Made by a program: the position numbers and the translations under genes
NCBI RefSeq assembly: GCF_006345805.1
Contig: NW_021834594.1
Coordinates: 1 to 47,804 of the forward strand
Length of the DNA: 47,804 nucleotides
Source: Octopus sinensis
Lineage: Eukaryota
Direction of reading: 5' to 3'
Shown here: piece after piece, positions 13,233 to 24,984 of the stretch
Numbering within the stretch: the stretch's first letter is position 1
How the letters are laid out: each line of letters starts with the position of its first letter
Notes under the pieces: generated by a model
What the model was told of the DNA's origin: nothing
The model's input: the letters and a program-made list of their open reading frames with translations, nothing else
Databases searched by the model: none

Positions 13233-13268
<36 letters not shown>

Positions 13269-13283
13269 ATCGCTAATATATAT

Positions 13284-13703
13284 ACTCTTACTCTTACTCT
13301 TTTACTCTTTTACTTGTTTCAGTCAGTTGACTGCGGCCATGCTGGAGCACCGCCTTTAGTCGAGCAACTCGATCCCGGGACTTATTCTTTGTAAGCCCAG
13401 TACTCATTCTATCGGTCTCTTTTGCTAAACCGCTAAGTGACAGGGACATAAACACACCGGTATCGGTTGTCATGCAATGCTAGGGGGACAAACACAGACA
13501 CACAAACATACACGCACACATAAATATATATACATATATACGACGGGCTTCTTTCAGTTTCCGTCTACCAAATCCACTCACAAGGCTTTGGTCGGCCCGA
13601 GACTATAGTAGAAGACACCTACTCAAGGTGCCACGCAGTGGGACTGAACCCGGAACCATGTGGTTGGTAAGCAAGCTACTTACCACACAGCCACTCCTGC
13701 GCC
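13284..13703 (-). mobile_element. Full-length SINE family B (tRNA-like head, CORE-like block, LINE-derived tail)
   Basis: Minus strand: GGCGCAGGAGTGGCTGTGTGGTAA...GGGTTCAGTCCC...ACCTTGAGTAGGTGTCTTC...GGCGGTGCTCCAGCATGGCC...(GTAAAAGA)n tail. Inserted in (TA)n. Confidence 0.9.
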
Positions 13704-13747
13704 TATATATAAATATATATAATGTATATATATATATATAATCGCTA

Positions 13748-13781
<34 letters not shown>

Positions 13782-13784
13782 AGA

Positions 13785-15113
13785 ACTAGCAGTAATACCC
13801 GTCGTTGATCAGGTAATTACTTTTACTGTTTCTCGGGAGCCACATTCAAAGTATTATATATATAATTCACTCCTCCTGTTTGTGTGTATTTTATAAGACA
13901 AAAAACAGGTCGTGGTCTCAAAGCGACGAAAATATTTTGACAAATTAAATTTGAAGTGAATCTAACGGATTTTGTGTGTTTCTTAAATGGCTTATAAACA
14001 CCTTCCACGCTGCAATTGTTTTCGTTCTAGCACACGATCTCAGACCAGGTCCCTTGCTATGCAAATACATCTCCATGTAATAATTGAAGTAGAAAAAGAC
14101 CGATTTCATTCTTGAATGTTATGATAGTAATCGCAAATAAAGTTAACGAAGTATTCATGTTGCCTTAAGAGTGAATATTTCTTTATAAACAATGTTTTTT
14201 GTTTTATTTCGAGGTGCATAAGGAAAAAGATTTGCTTTTGGTCATACACATAATGCTCCTACATAAAGTTGGCCATGTGAAAAGCATGGTTCTTAAACAC
14301 ACAAAGCCATTGAAGACGGAGAATGGAAAGATTCAGTTTCAACGTGAATGAAGGTAGAAAAATAGGTATATCATATAGAAGAATGGCTTGGCGGAATGCA
14401 GGTGACTGTGCGATGGCACTGAAAGGACCACAGGTCAAGTAGAACACTAATTTATCATGGTTTCTTTTGACATTTGAATAGGCCATATGGCCAAGGTGAA
14501 TTGAAAGATTAGTTTCAAATCTGAACCAGGGTGAGACGACCTCACTTGGAATTTGCATAATCGGTCTAGAACCCCCATTTTGCCCAGGTTATTAATCGTC
14601 TGGAAGCCGTTCAGCGACGTGCAACCAAGAGAATATCCTCCATCAGGAATTTGCCATATTCTGAACGCCTTACTTCCTTTAGCATGGACACATTGAAACA
14701 TCTGGCAGCTGACTTGGCAGACACCCATAAAATTATTAACCATCTTACTAACAATAACTCTGAGCACCTTTTCAAACTCCGCCTGTCTAACACCCGTGGA
14801 CATGTTTACAAAGTCAGAAAACAGCACAGCTCCCAAGACTTTCGGAAACATTTTTTCACGCTAAGAGTTGCTGAAGCATGGAACAAACTGCCGGCATCAG
14901 TTGTTAGTTGTCGGAGCACTGCATCCTTCAAAACTTCCATGCTTCCTGAGATTCGCCAACACTACACCTGATTTTCTCCTCTCCATACACACGCAAGAAT
15001 GTATCTGACTCGTACACTGTTCACTTTCCAGACATTTGTACATTATTGCATATGCTTTATACACACTTTTGACAAGTTGTGATCCACCTGAGCATTGTAT
15101 ACAATAATTTCAA

Positions 15114-15156
<43 letters not shown>

Positions 15157-15711
15157 ACCTTACAGATTTATGTGTGTGTATTTTATAAGAGAAAACACGT
15201 AATGACTGAAGTAGAAAAAAGATTGATGTCATACACGTTATTTAAGTATTCATGTTGCGTTAAGGTGAATTTCTTTATAAACAATGTTTTTTGTTTTATA
15301 TTGGGATGCATAAACAAAAAGATTTGCTTTTGGTCATACACGTAATGCTCCTACATAAAGTTGGCCATGTGAAGAGTATGGTTCTTTAACTTGCGGCACA
15401 GCAACTTCTAGTGTTTGGCCCTGAGTTTTATTAATGCTCATGGCAAAAGAAAGTGGGATAGGAAACTGTGACTACTTAAATTGGAATGGGGCATCAAATG
15501 GTATAACTGGTATGTGAGGAATGAAGATGGTCTCACCTTTACCACAACCAGTGAGAATATTTGCCTCAATGCAGTTCCTCATAAGTTTGTGCATAATTAG
15601 TGTTGTACCATTGCATAATTTTTGTTGAGACAAATTAGGCAATAGCATAATAGCTTCCCTTGAACCAGGTACTTTCATTTTGCTGGAGAAAGAAAGAGAC
15701 AGAATTTCGAT

Positions 15712-15772
<61 letters not shown>

Positions 15773-15848
15773 CATAATAGCTTCCCCTGAACCATTGACT
15801 TTCATTTTGCTGGACAAATAGACAGATCCCTTTTTTATATATATAGAT
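13785..15848 (+). mobile_element. Composite non-autonomous Helitron-like element(s) with a nested CR1 fragment
   Basis: 5' ACTAGCAGTAATACCCGTCGTTG and 3' GACAGATCCCTTTTTTATATATATAGAT match the end types of 21228-21964. An internal block is duplicated (14080-14298 vs 15200-15390), as is the 3' end (15645-15720 vs 15772-15848). Confidence 0.55.
14541..15155 (+). mobile_element. CR1 LINE 3' fragment (ORF2 C-terminus, 3' UTR, (ATT)n tail)
   Basis: Translates to RPHLEFA..NRLEAVQRRATKRI..PYSERL..TRGHVYKV..RKHFFTLRVAEAWNKLP, with stops. Confidence 0.92.
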
Positions 15849-15924
15849 GTATTGATAATGAACAAGTTATTGAACAGTTAAAGGTAGCTATAGACTTTTT
15901 TGCTTTTCTGCATGAAACTAAAGA

Positions 15925-16462
15925 GGTGCAGGCATAGCTGTGTGTTTAAATAGTGCTTTGCAACCATGTGGGTTTCAGGTTCAGTTCTACTGCACATTAC
16001 CTTGGACGGGTGTTTTCTGCTATAGCCCCTGGGCTGACCAATACCTTGTCACTTCATAGAGGAAAACTGAGGAAACCTGCCATATATGTGTGTGTGCAGT
16101 GCCCCTTTAAGGCAGGGGCTCCTGCTGTCAAGGTCCCTTTTCATTATGTCATTCAGAGCAGCATGTCAGGGGAATACAGTGTGGCTTACTGTCAATAAAT
16201 AAATACTATACGTCTAATCCATTGATTTGCCCTGGGGACTATAATGCTCCTAAGACAGTTCAGTGTTTGTGTTGTGCTGGTTCCCCACCAACACTTGACA
16301 ACCGGTGTTGGTTTGTTTAAGTCCCCATAACTTTTTAGGGGATTGGTAAAGAAACTGATAGAGTAAGCATCAGACTTTAAAATAAGTATTGGGGCATTTT
16401 TTTTGCAACTAAACCCCAGCATGACTGTATACCAGTGGTTAGAAGAAGTAAAAGATAAAAGG
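15925..16462 (+). mobile_element. Degenerate SINE family B with internal insertion
   Basis: GGTGCAGGCATAGCTGTGTG head and CCCCAGCATGACTG...AGTAAAAGATAAAAG tail. Confidence 0.7.
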
Positions 16463-16641
16463 AATAATCTTTTTTTTAAAAAAAGATCTCATCAACGTAA
16501 TCATAATCTGCACCTTTGAGAACATCACAAAGAAATTTCTTCAAGAATCTGCATTATTAAGAAAAAAATTAAGGAAACAAAGTGCAGTGAAGTGAAACAC
16601 TAAAACCGTTGTTCTGACTATTATGGTGGATCTAGGTAAAA

Positions 16642-17242
16642 GGCGGCGAGCTGGCAGAAACGTTTGCACGCCGGGCGAAATGCTTAGCGGTATTTTATAT
16701 GCCGCTATGTTCTGAGTTCAAATTCCGCCGAGGTCGACTTTGCCTTTCATCCTTCCGGGGTCGATTAAATAAGTACCAGTTTCGCACTGGGGTCGATATA
16801 ATCGACTTAATCCGTTTGTCTGTCCTTGTTTGTCCTCTCTGTGTTTAGCCCCTTGTGGGTAGTAAAGAAATAGGTATTTCGTCTGCCGTTACGTTCTGAG
16901 TTCAAATTCCGCCGAGGTTGATTTTTGCCTTTCATCCTTCCGGGGTCGATTAAATAAGTACCAGTTACGCACTGGTGTCGATGCAATCGACTTAATCCGT
17001 TTGTCTGTCCTTGTTTGTCCTCTCTGTGTTTAGCCCCTTGTGGGTAGTAAAGAAATAGGTATTTCGTCTGCCGTTACGTTCTGAGTTCAAATTCCGCCGA
17101 GGTTGATTTTTGCCTTTCATCCTTCCGGGGTCGATTAAATAAGTACCAGTTACGCACTGGTGTCGATGCAATCGACTTAATCCGTTTGTCTGTCCTTGTT
17201 TGTCCCCTCTGTGTTTAGCCCCTTGTGGGTAGTAAAGAAATA
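16642..17242 (+). mobile_element. SINE family A: one head plus three ~185-bp tandem bodies, 14-bp TSD
   Basis: GGATCTAGGTAAAA at 16628-16641 and 17243-17256; near-identical units restart at GGTATTT (~16689, 16873, 17058). Confidence 0.93.
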
Positions 17243-17369
17243 GGATCTAGGTAAAAAAAAGTCACAGGTAATGCCATCATATATCAATAGTATTGTCAAT
17301 TTGTACAAGCTATGTATTACCAGTTAATAACTGATTTAAAATATTTTCTGTTTCATTACTTTAATTGTT

Positions 17370-17812
17370 GGTACTTACCCCCATTAAAAAACTGCGATTA
17401 AAAATTTGGGTTATCTCCCCACTAAAAAAGTGCCATTTTAAAATTGGGTTATCTCCCCACTAAAAAGGTGCCATTAGAAAAATTGGGTTATTTCCCCACT
17501 AAAAAGTGCCATTAAAAAATTGGGTTATCTCTTCACTAAAAAATTGAGTTTATGTGGCGTCAACAGATTAGATTGAAAGAGTTAAATCTTTTTGATCCAA
17601 TACTTCGACACATTGTTGAGTTTTTGCCTCTTCAATAGGAATGGAATGGTTTGTTATAAAAATGTTATCAGATTCAATAAGATGCTTAATCTTTTCAATT
17701 TTCATGTTTATTAATTCTTTAATTTTTTTTTTGTTTTATTGAGCGTTAAATTTATTTTTAGTTGGGGAGATGACCCAATTTTTTAATAGGGGTGAGAAAG
17801 CCAAAAAGTACC
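17370..17812. mobile_element. Merlin-like MITE with 8-bp TSD
   Basis: Termini GGTAC...GTACC; TSD TAATTGTT at 17362-17369 and 17813-17820; subterminal ~37-bp repeats of AAAATTGGGTTATCTCCCCACTAAAAAG. GG..CC ends with an 8-bp TSD fit Merlin. Confidence 0.75.
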
Positions 17813-17919
17813 TAATTGTTAATGGAACTTTAATAAATTGTGACTATTTTTGTTTGATTATCTAACTTTCCTATACAAAATTGTGGCTTTATTACCATCC
17901 ACCATAAATTGTGCTTTTT

Positions 17920-19120
17920 TCCTGTGACTTTTTTCCAAGCCAAAATTGTGACTTTTTCTCTAGCCAAAATTGTGACATTTTTCCTAGCCAAAATTGTGAC
18001 TTTTTCCTAGCCAAAATAGTGACATTTTTTCATATCAAAATTGTGCCGTTTTTTCCTAACCAAAATTGTGACTAGTCAAAATTGTGCCATTTTTTCCTAG
18101 CCAAAATTGTGACTTTTTCTAGTCAAAATTGTGACTTTTTCCCTATCCAAAGTTGTGACATATTTCCTAGCCAAAATTGTGACTTTTCCTAGTAAAAAAA
18201 TTGTGCCATTTTTTCGTAGCCAGAATCGTGACTTTTTCCTAACCAAAATTGTGCCATTATACCTAGCCAAAATTGTGACTTTTCCTAGTCAAAATTGTGC
18301 CATTTTTTCCTAGCCAAAATTATGACTTTTCCGTAGCCAAAATTGTGCCATTTTTTCCTAACGTCCCAGCCCAAATTGTGACATTTTTACTAACCAAACT
18401 TGTGCCATTTTTTCCTAGCCAAAATCGTGCCATTTTTTCCTAGTCAAAATTGTGCCTTATTTCCCTAGTCAAAATTGTGCCATTTTTTCCTCGCCAAAAT
18501 TGTGAGTTTTTTACTAGCCAAAGTTGTGACTTTTCCTAGCCAAAATTATGAATTTTTTTCTAGTCAAAAATTGTGCCACTTTTTCCTAGTCAAAATTGTG
18601 CCTTATTTTCCTAGCCAAAATTGTGCCATTTTTTCCTAGCCAAAATTGTGCCATTTTTTCCTCGCCAAAATTGTGAGATTTTTACTAGCCAAAGTTGTGA
18701 CTTTTCCAAGCCAAAATTGTGAATTTTTTCCTAGTCAAAAATTGTGCCATTTTTTTCCTAGTCAAAATTGTGACTTATCACTAGCCAAAATTGTGCCATT
18801 TTTTCCTAGCCAAAATTGTGGTTTTTTCCCAGCCAAAATTTTTCCAATTTTTCCTAGTCAAAATTATGACTTTTTCCTAGCCAAAATTGTGACTTTTCCT
18901 ATCCAAAGTTATGACTTTTTCGTAGCCAAAATTGTGACTTTTCGTAGCAAAAATTGGGCCATATTTCCTAGCCAAAGTTGTGAGTTTTTTCCTAGCCCAA
19001 ATTGTGCCATTTTTCCTAGCCAAAATTGTGCCATTTTTTCCTCGCCAAAATTATGACATTTTCCTAGCTAAAATTGTGACTTTTCTCCTAGCCAAAGTTG
19101 TGACTTCTTCTGTGACTTTA
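17920..19120. repeat. ~22-25-bp tandem array (TTTTCCTAGCCAAAATTGTG(A/C)C), probably the expanded subterminal repeat of a non-autonomous DNA transposon (MULE-like) beginning near 16626/17243
   Basis: About 50 units. AAAAAAGTCACAG at ~17255-17267 is the inverted counterpart of CTGTGACTTT at 17922 and ~19110. Confidence 0.85.
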
Positions 19121-20284
19121 TTATTGGCCACGACTACAGCTGGCATTTGTATTTTGTGTCTTTCTGTTTTTCTCTGAATCCAGCAATTTTTAGAGTACTG
19201 TTTCTCACGGGGTGAGTGGCATTACTATGAGAAGTGAAAAGGAGGGTGGACAAACTGCCATGTTTAATAAAACTGGATGGTTTTAAACATACTAAACTTA
19301 ACCAACACTGTGACAAAGAAACAAGAATTAAATGAAGGCAAAGTCTGTTGTGTTTTCTTATTAGCACAAGAATGGTTGTATGTAAGGGAAAGGCACAAAA
19401 ACTTCATTAATATTTAATGAGGTGGGAAGGAGGGGCGAGCATTTCATTAATATTTAATGAGGGGTTGGCTAACTGGTGCTGGTGTCTGTCACTTTGGGAA
19501 CTGCAGCTCTATATTCATCTTTTATTCATCTGACGTTAATAAAATGTTCTAGAACCGATCCAATTGACTGTACAAACCCCACTCCCATTTTCTTTCTCCT
19601 CCCACCTTCTCCTATCTCCTCAATTTTCTGCCCCCCCATCTCCCCACCTTCTCCTTCCACATACTCCTCCTCCTTGTACTATCCTCCTCTTACTTCATCT
19701 CCTCATACCCTTCCTCATCATGCTCCTTAATTTCCTCCTCCTCATCATACATCTCACCCCATTATCATCATCATCATTATCATCGCCATCGTCATCGCCA
19801 ACACCACCACCACCACTATACATATCAGCATTAATTAGATTCACCACCAAAATTTACCGAAATTCACTTACCAAAATTAATTAGATTCGGGAACAGGTGG
19901 GTGAACTGGCAGAATCGTTAGCACACTGGACATAATGGTGAGCAGTATTTCGCCTGTCGCTACGTTCTGGGTTCAAATTCCACCGAGGTCGACTTTGCCT
20001 GTCATCCTTTCGGGGTCGATAATTTAAATATTGGGGGATGAGCTTCATATACAGATTGTGAGAGATTGTTTAATATTGAATGGTTGATTAATGTTTTTCC
20101 TTTATAGATATTTTTATAATCGACTCATCCCTACATCTCCCAAAATTTCAGGTGTTGTGCCTTGAGCAGAAAGGATTAATTAGATTCAGGTGATGTCAGT
20201 CCGACTTGATTCTTATTTGGAAAGTTACGGTCCTTGTAGATGAGCCAGAAGACCACCTGTTGCTCACGTGTTTTATGCTGCTAT

Positions 20285-20523
20285 AGTTTCTTATTTCTTT
20301 ATTGCCCACAAGGGGCTAAACATAGAGGGGACAAACAAGGACAGACAAACGAATTAAGTCTATTATATCGACCTCAGTGCGTAACTGGTACTTATTTAAT
20401 CGACCTCGAAAGGATGAAAGGCAAAGTCGACCTCGGTGGAATTTGAACTCAGAACGTAGCGACAGACGAAATACCGCTGGGCATTTCGCCCGGTGTGCTA
20501 ACGTTTCTGCCAGCTCGACGCCT
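20285..20523 (-). mobile_element. SINE family A monomer (other degenerate copies at ~19897-20165 +, ~27700-27905 +, ~30105-30298 -)
   Basis: Reverse complement of 16642-16872. Confidence 0.88.
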
Positions 20524-20545
20524 TAATGTTAGTATAGCTTCTATA

Positions 20546-20668
20546 GGTGCAGGAGTGGCTGTGTGGTAAGTAGCTTGCTTCCCAACCACATGGGTCCTTG
20601 GGCAAGTGTCTTCTACTATAGCCTTGTGAGTGGATTTGATAGACGGAAACTGAAAGAAGCCCGTCATA
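20546..20668 (+). mobile_element. SINE family B 5' part
   Basis: GGTGCAGGAGTGGCTGTGTGGTAAG...CCTTGGGCAAGTGTCTTC...GAAAGAAGCCCGTC. Confidence 0.85.
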
Positions 20669-20671
20669 TTA

Positions 20672-21214
20672 GGTACTTTTTGGTTATCTCACCCCCATTA
20701 AAAAATTGAGTTATCTCCCCCAGTTTTACGAGAAATATCAGTACTTTTGGTTATCTCCCTCAACTAAAACAATTGTTTAACCCTCCTCCTCCTCCTCATC
20801 ATCATCATCATCGTTTAACGTCCGTTTTCCATGCTGGCATGGGTTGGATGGTTCGACTGGGGTCTGGCAAGCCAGGAAGCTGCACTGGACCCCAGTCTGA
20901 TCTGGCAGTGTTTCTACAGCTGGATGCTCTTCTTAATGCCAACAATAAAACAAAGCAAAAAGGTGAAAAAAATTCATAAGCATGAAAACTGAAAAAAATT
21001 GAATATCAAATTGAATCTGATAATAGTTTTATAACAAACCATTCTATTCGTATTGAGGAGGCCAAACGTCAAAAATGTGTTGAAGTATTCAATCAAAAGG
21101 ATTGAACTCTTAATCCAATCTGTTGTCGCCACATAAACTCGACTTTTTAGAGGAGAGGTAACCCAGTCTTTTAATGGTAATTTTTTAATGGGGATTAGGT
21201 AACCAAAAAGTACC
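20672..21214. mobile_element. Second Merlin-like MITE copy, opposite orientation, with a retroelement 3' fragment inserted at ~20781-20943
   Basis: GGTACTTTTTGGTTATCTCACCCCCATTAAAAAA...GGTAACCAAAAAGTACC; the interior is the reverse complement of 17545-17745. Confidence 0.75.
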
Positions 21215-21227
21215 TGTATATATATAC

Positions 21228-21964
21228 ACTAGCATTAAAGACACGTCGTTTCCGGGTCATAGTGCTAGTGCATGTATATATGTGTATATATATGTGTATA
21301 TATATATGTGTACATATTACATGTACATCTATATATATACATCTACACATAAAATGCAAAATACAAAGTTATATCTTGATATCGCTAGTGATAACAATAC
21401 TCAAAATATATAACAGACTGGAATTGTTAGCTCTTCTTTTTTCTCTACATTGTATACTTTATAGACAATAGTCTTTTCTTTAATTTAATTTTTTATTATC
21501 CATCTGGACTATTCCATTTCTGCACGCTAATTTTATTTCTAATTTATTCCCATTCATGTGAAACCACTTACTCAAGTTCAAATCATTGATGCAATTTTAT
21601 ACCAATTGCTATTTTTAGTTTTTGTTATGTTACGATTATATTATACTTTAGTTTAATTTTAATTATTACTTACTACATATAATTCAATTGTTATTATTAT
21701 TTTTATTGTTAAAGTGAAAGCATCTGACATAAAATAGAGAAATATTTTTGTTTCACTTTTAACACGTAATACTGAAATAGTGGAGAAGATATGATATTGC
21801 TATGGGCTCGCTCTAGGCAAGAAGTTGAACATTTTTTGCCCATGGAACTACATGGACCCTAAGTAAGGCATGTGTAAAATTTGAATGAAATTGGTTGTGT
21901 AGTTCTCAAGTTTTAGGGAAACACACAGACAGACACACATTCTCAGTTTTATGTATATAAAGAT
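21228..21964 (+). mobile_element. Non-autonomous Helitron-like element
   Basis: 5' ACTAGCATTAAAGACACGTCGTTTCCGGG; 3' GTAAAATTTGAATGAAATTGGTTGTGTAGTT...ACAGACAGACAC...TTTTATGTATATAAAGAT; no TSD; within microsatellite. Confidence 0.6.
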
Positions 21965-21974
21965 ACATACATAC

Positions 21975-22590
21975 ATACATACATATAAGGGAGATGGCCA
22001 CTAAGTGGACATCCATATGCTAGAAGTTGACCCCTATGGTCTTACCACTAAGAAAGGAATGTTCTCAAGAAAATTTAGCAAACGCCAGAACGTAAGCGAG
22101 CAAGACAAATAAAAAGAAGCAGAATATACAGAGTAATACAGATTATTATTTTAAATTTGAATTTAAATAACTATTTTCTCCAACCGGCAAAATTCACTGC
22201 AGAGAATTATTTTCTGCAGAATTATTTCCGGTATTTTGGCGCACCAGAACGAAGACTTTTGAAATACAACCCCAAATGTAAATGGTAGAACTATATACAT
22301 GTTCAATCTCATGCGGCCGTCTCGTGTATAGTTCTGCAAATTATATTTTGCTATAACGATCACACTGACGAGTTGCGGACTTCTACATAAGTAATTACGT
22401 AAGTGGTAACAACGAAACCGGGTGTGTGATTAATCCGTATATTTTGTATGTTTTCATTTGTCTTGCTCGCTTGCGTTCTGGTGCTTGCTAAATTTTCTTC
22501 AGCACATTGCTTTTTTAGACAAAAGGGGGAGGGTCAACTTCTAGCATAATGGATGCCCACTTAGGGGTCATCCCCCTTATATGTATGTAA
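21975..22590 (+). mobile_element. Non-coding HHR-bearing element with diverged ~170-bp inverted arms
   Basis: 21975-22145 is a diverged reverse complement of 22430-22590; HHR core at 22365-22417. Confidence 0.7.
22359..22430 (+). ncRNA. Type I hammerhead motif, probably inactivated
   Basis: ATCACA-CTGACGA-GTTG...CAAC-GAAA-CCGGG-TG-TGTGAT: 6-bp stem I, long stem II, but the triplet is GUG rather than NUH. Confidence 0.65.
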
Positions 22591-22730
22591 TATAATTTTT
22601 CTGAATCTTCAGATTTTTCTATATGCTAGACCACTGGTTTTAAATTGATATTAATCAAATTAATATTCGATTTTTCAACCTTATTATTTTATATATGTAT
22701 ATATATATGTATATATATATATATATATAT

Positions 22731-24934
22731 AGACACCAACACACATTTCCAACATTTCATGACAACAATACAGAACATATGCCATAAGTTTGTCCCGGAG
22801 AAAAAAGCCAGCGGGCATAGGAACGTTATTCCCAGAGACAGGAAAATACTTATGAGGCGAAGAGCTAAGCTCTCGAAGCAACTGAATGCACGGCAGAGAA
22901 ACAATGAGGGACTCCCCTGAAACTTTTTGAAACGGAAACTGCACTCAAACTTTCCTATGAGAAGGAGAGGGCAGAGAGAGAAGCCAGGGCCATAGAGAAT
23001 ATTAAAACAAACCCTAAAGCCTTCTTTAAATTTGCGAAAGAAACCAGCTCGGTACACTGCAAGATTGGCCCACTCTTTGATAAAAAGGGCTCTCTAACTG
23101 AGGACCCCCAAGGGATAAGTGAAATACTAAAGGAACAGTATAAAAGTGTGTTCACATCCCCTCTGGGGCACATGCAAATCACAAACCCAGAAGTTTTCTT
23201 TGATGCCACAACACTCCAAAACCAAACAACAACCATCGACCACATAGACATAACAGAGAGGGATGTAATATCTGCCATAGAAGAAATGAGAATAAACTCA
23301 GCTGCTGGACCAGATGGATTCCCAGCAGTCCTCCTAAAAACATGCAGGCATGCCCTAGCGGGACCACTGAAGTAGCTCTTCAGTGGTTCCTTGGCTAACG
23401 GTAAACTGCCCAGGGCGCTAAAAGAAGGCACCATATGCCCTATCCACAAAGGAGGGAGTAGAGCAGAGGCCAAAAACTACAGGCCAGTCTCCCTGACGTC
23501 ACACTAAGTAAGGTCATGGAACGAATCATCAGAAAAAAACTGATCACGTTCCTCGAAGAAACTAACCGTCTCACTGACACACAGCATGGCTTTCGCCCAG
23601 GAAGAAGCTGCCTTACGCAGCTGTTACAACACTACAACTGGGTACTGAAACAACTACTGGATCGCTCACAGGTGGATGTGGTATATCTCGACTTTGCGAA
23701 GGCCTTTGACAAAGTCGACCACGGAGTGATATGTCACAAATTACTCAGACTCGGCATAACAGGAAAAGTAGGTGAGTGGATACATGACTTCCTGAAGGAC
23801 AGAAGCCAGATGGTTGCAGCCAATGGAGCCCTCTCGGGAAGACACCAATAGCAAGCGGGGTGCCACAGGGCACAGTCTTGGGACCCTTGCTGTTTTTGGT
23901 GGCGCTCTCTGACATGCCCTTGGTAGCACAAACACATCCCTCACTAGCTATGCTGATGACACAAAGGTAGCACAGGCAATCAAAGACCCAGCTGATGCTG
24001 ACCTTTTACAACAAGATCTGGATGCCATATACAAATGGGCTGAAGACAACAACATGCAATTTAATGCTGGTAAATTTCAAGGCTTACAATATCAAGCTGT
24101 AAACACATATACATTACAACACAACTATACTGGTCCAGGAGGGATCGAAATCCCAGTATCGAAATCAATACGGGACCTGGGGATAGACATGAGTGACGAT
24201 GCATCTTTTTCTTCACACATCGCGAAGGTGGCGACAATGTGCAGACGACTCACTGGCTGGATCCTGAGGACATTCCGGACAAGAGACTGCGAGACCATGT
24301 TGACACTATGGAGGGCATTTGTCCTAAGCCGCCTGGACTACTGCTCCCAACTGTGGTCACCGCATAGTGTCAAACTAACCACAGAGCTTGAGACAATCCA
24401 AAGACATTTCACCAAGAGGATTTCCACCATGAAAGAAAATAACTATTGGGAGAGGCTTAGGGAACTCAATTTGTACTCCTTGGAACGAAGACGAGAGAGA
24501 TATGCAGTGATATACATATGGAAAATCCTGGAGGGACTAGCACCAAATTTTGGAATTGAGAGCTGTTCCAATCCCCGTACAGGACGTCACTGTGTGGTGC
24601 CAAAGGTCCCGTCTTCCACATAAGGAGCAGATACTGTAATAGCCTGGGTTTCAGGGGCCCTCAGCTCTTCAACAAACTGCCAAGAAAACTAAGAGATCTA
24701 CATGATGCGGATGTGGACATTTTCAAAAAACATCTAGACAAGCTGCTTTCCGGGATCCCAGATGAACCCACTGCAAGGTACGAAGGTAACCTAAGGGCAG
24801 CAGCTACAAACTCTCTCTTAGATCAGTGGCCAGCCACGGCAAACTGGACTTAGAGAGGGTAGCAACAAGGGCGGTGCCCCAGCATGGCCTCAGCCGGATG
24901 GCTGAAACAAGTAAAAGAGTAAAAGAGTAAAAGA

Positions 24935-24935
<1 letters not shown>
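22731..24935 (+). mobile_element. 5'-truncated CR1-group LINE, ORF2 (RT) pseudogene
   Basis: Motifs AAGPDG, NYRPVSLTS, QHGFR, YLDFAKAFDKV, GVPQGTVLGP, SYADDTK, SLERRRERY, with stops and frameshifts. 3' stem-loop and (GTAAAAGA)n tail; flanked by (TA)n. Confidence 0.96.
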
Positions 24936-24981
<46 letters not shown>

Positions 24982-24984
24982 TAT

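Noticed and set aside
17920-19120. CRISPR array or repeat-protein ORF (18646-19056)
   Set aside because: Contiguous ~23-bp units without unique spacers, variable unit length breaking the frame, no cas genes, eukaryotic context.
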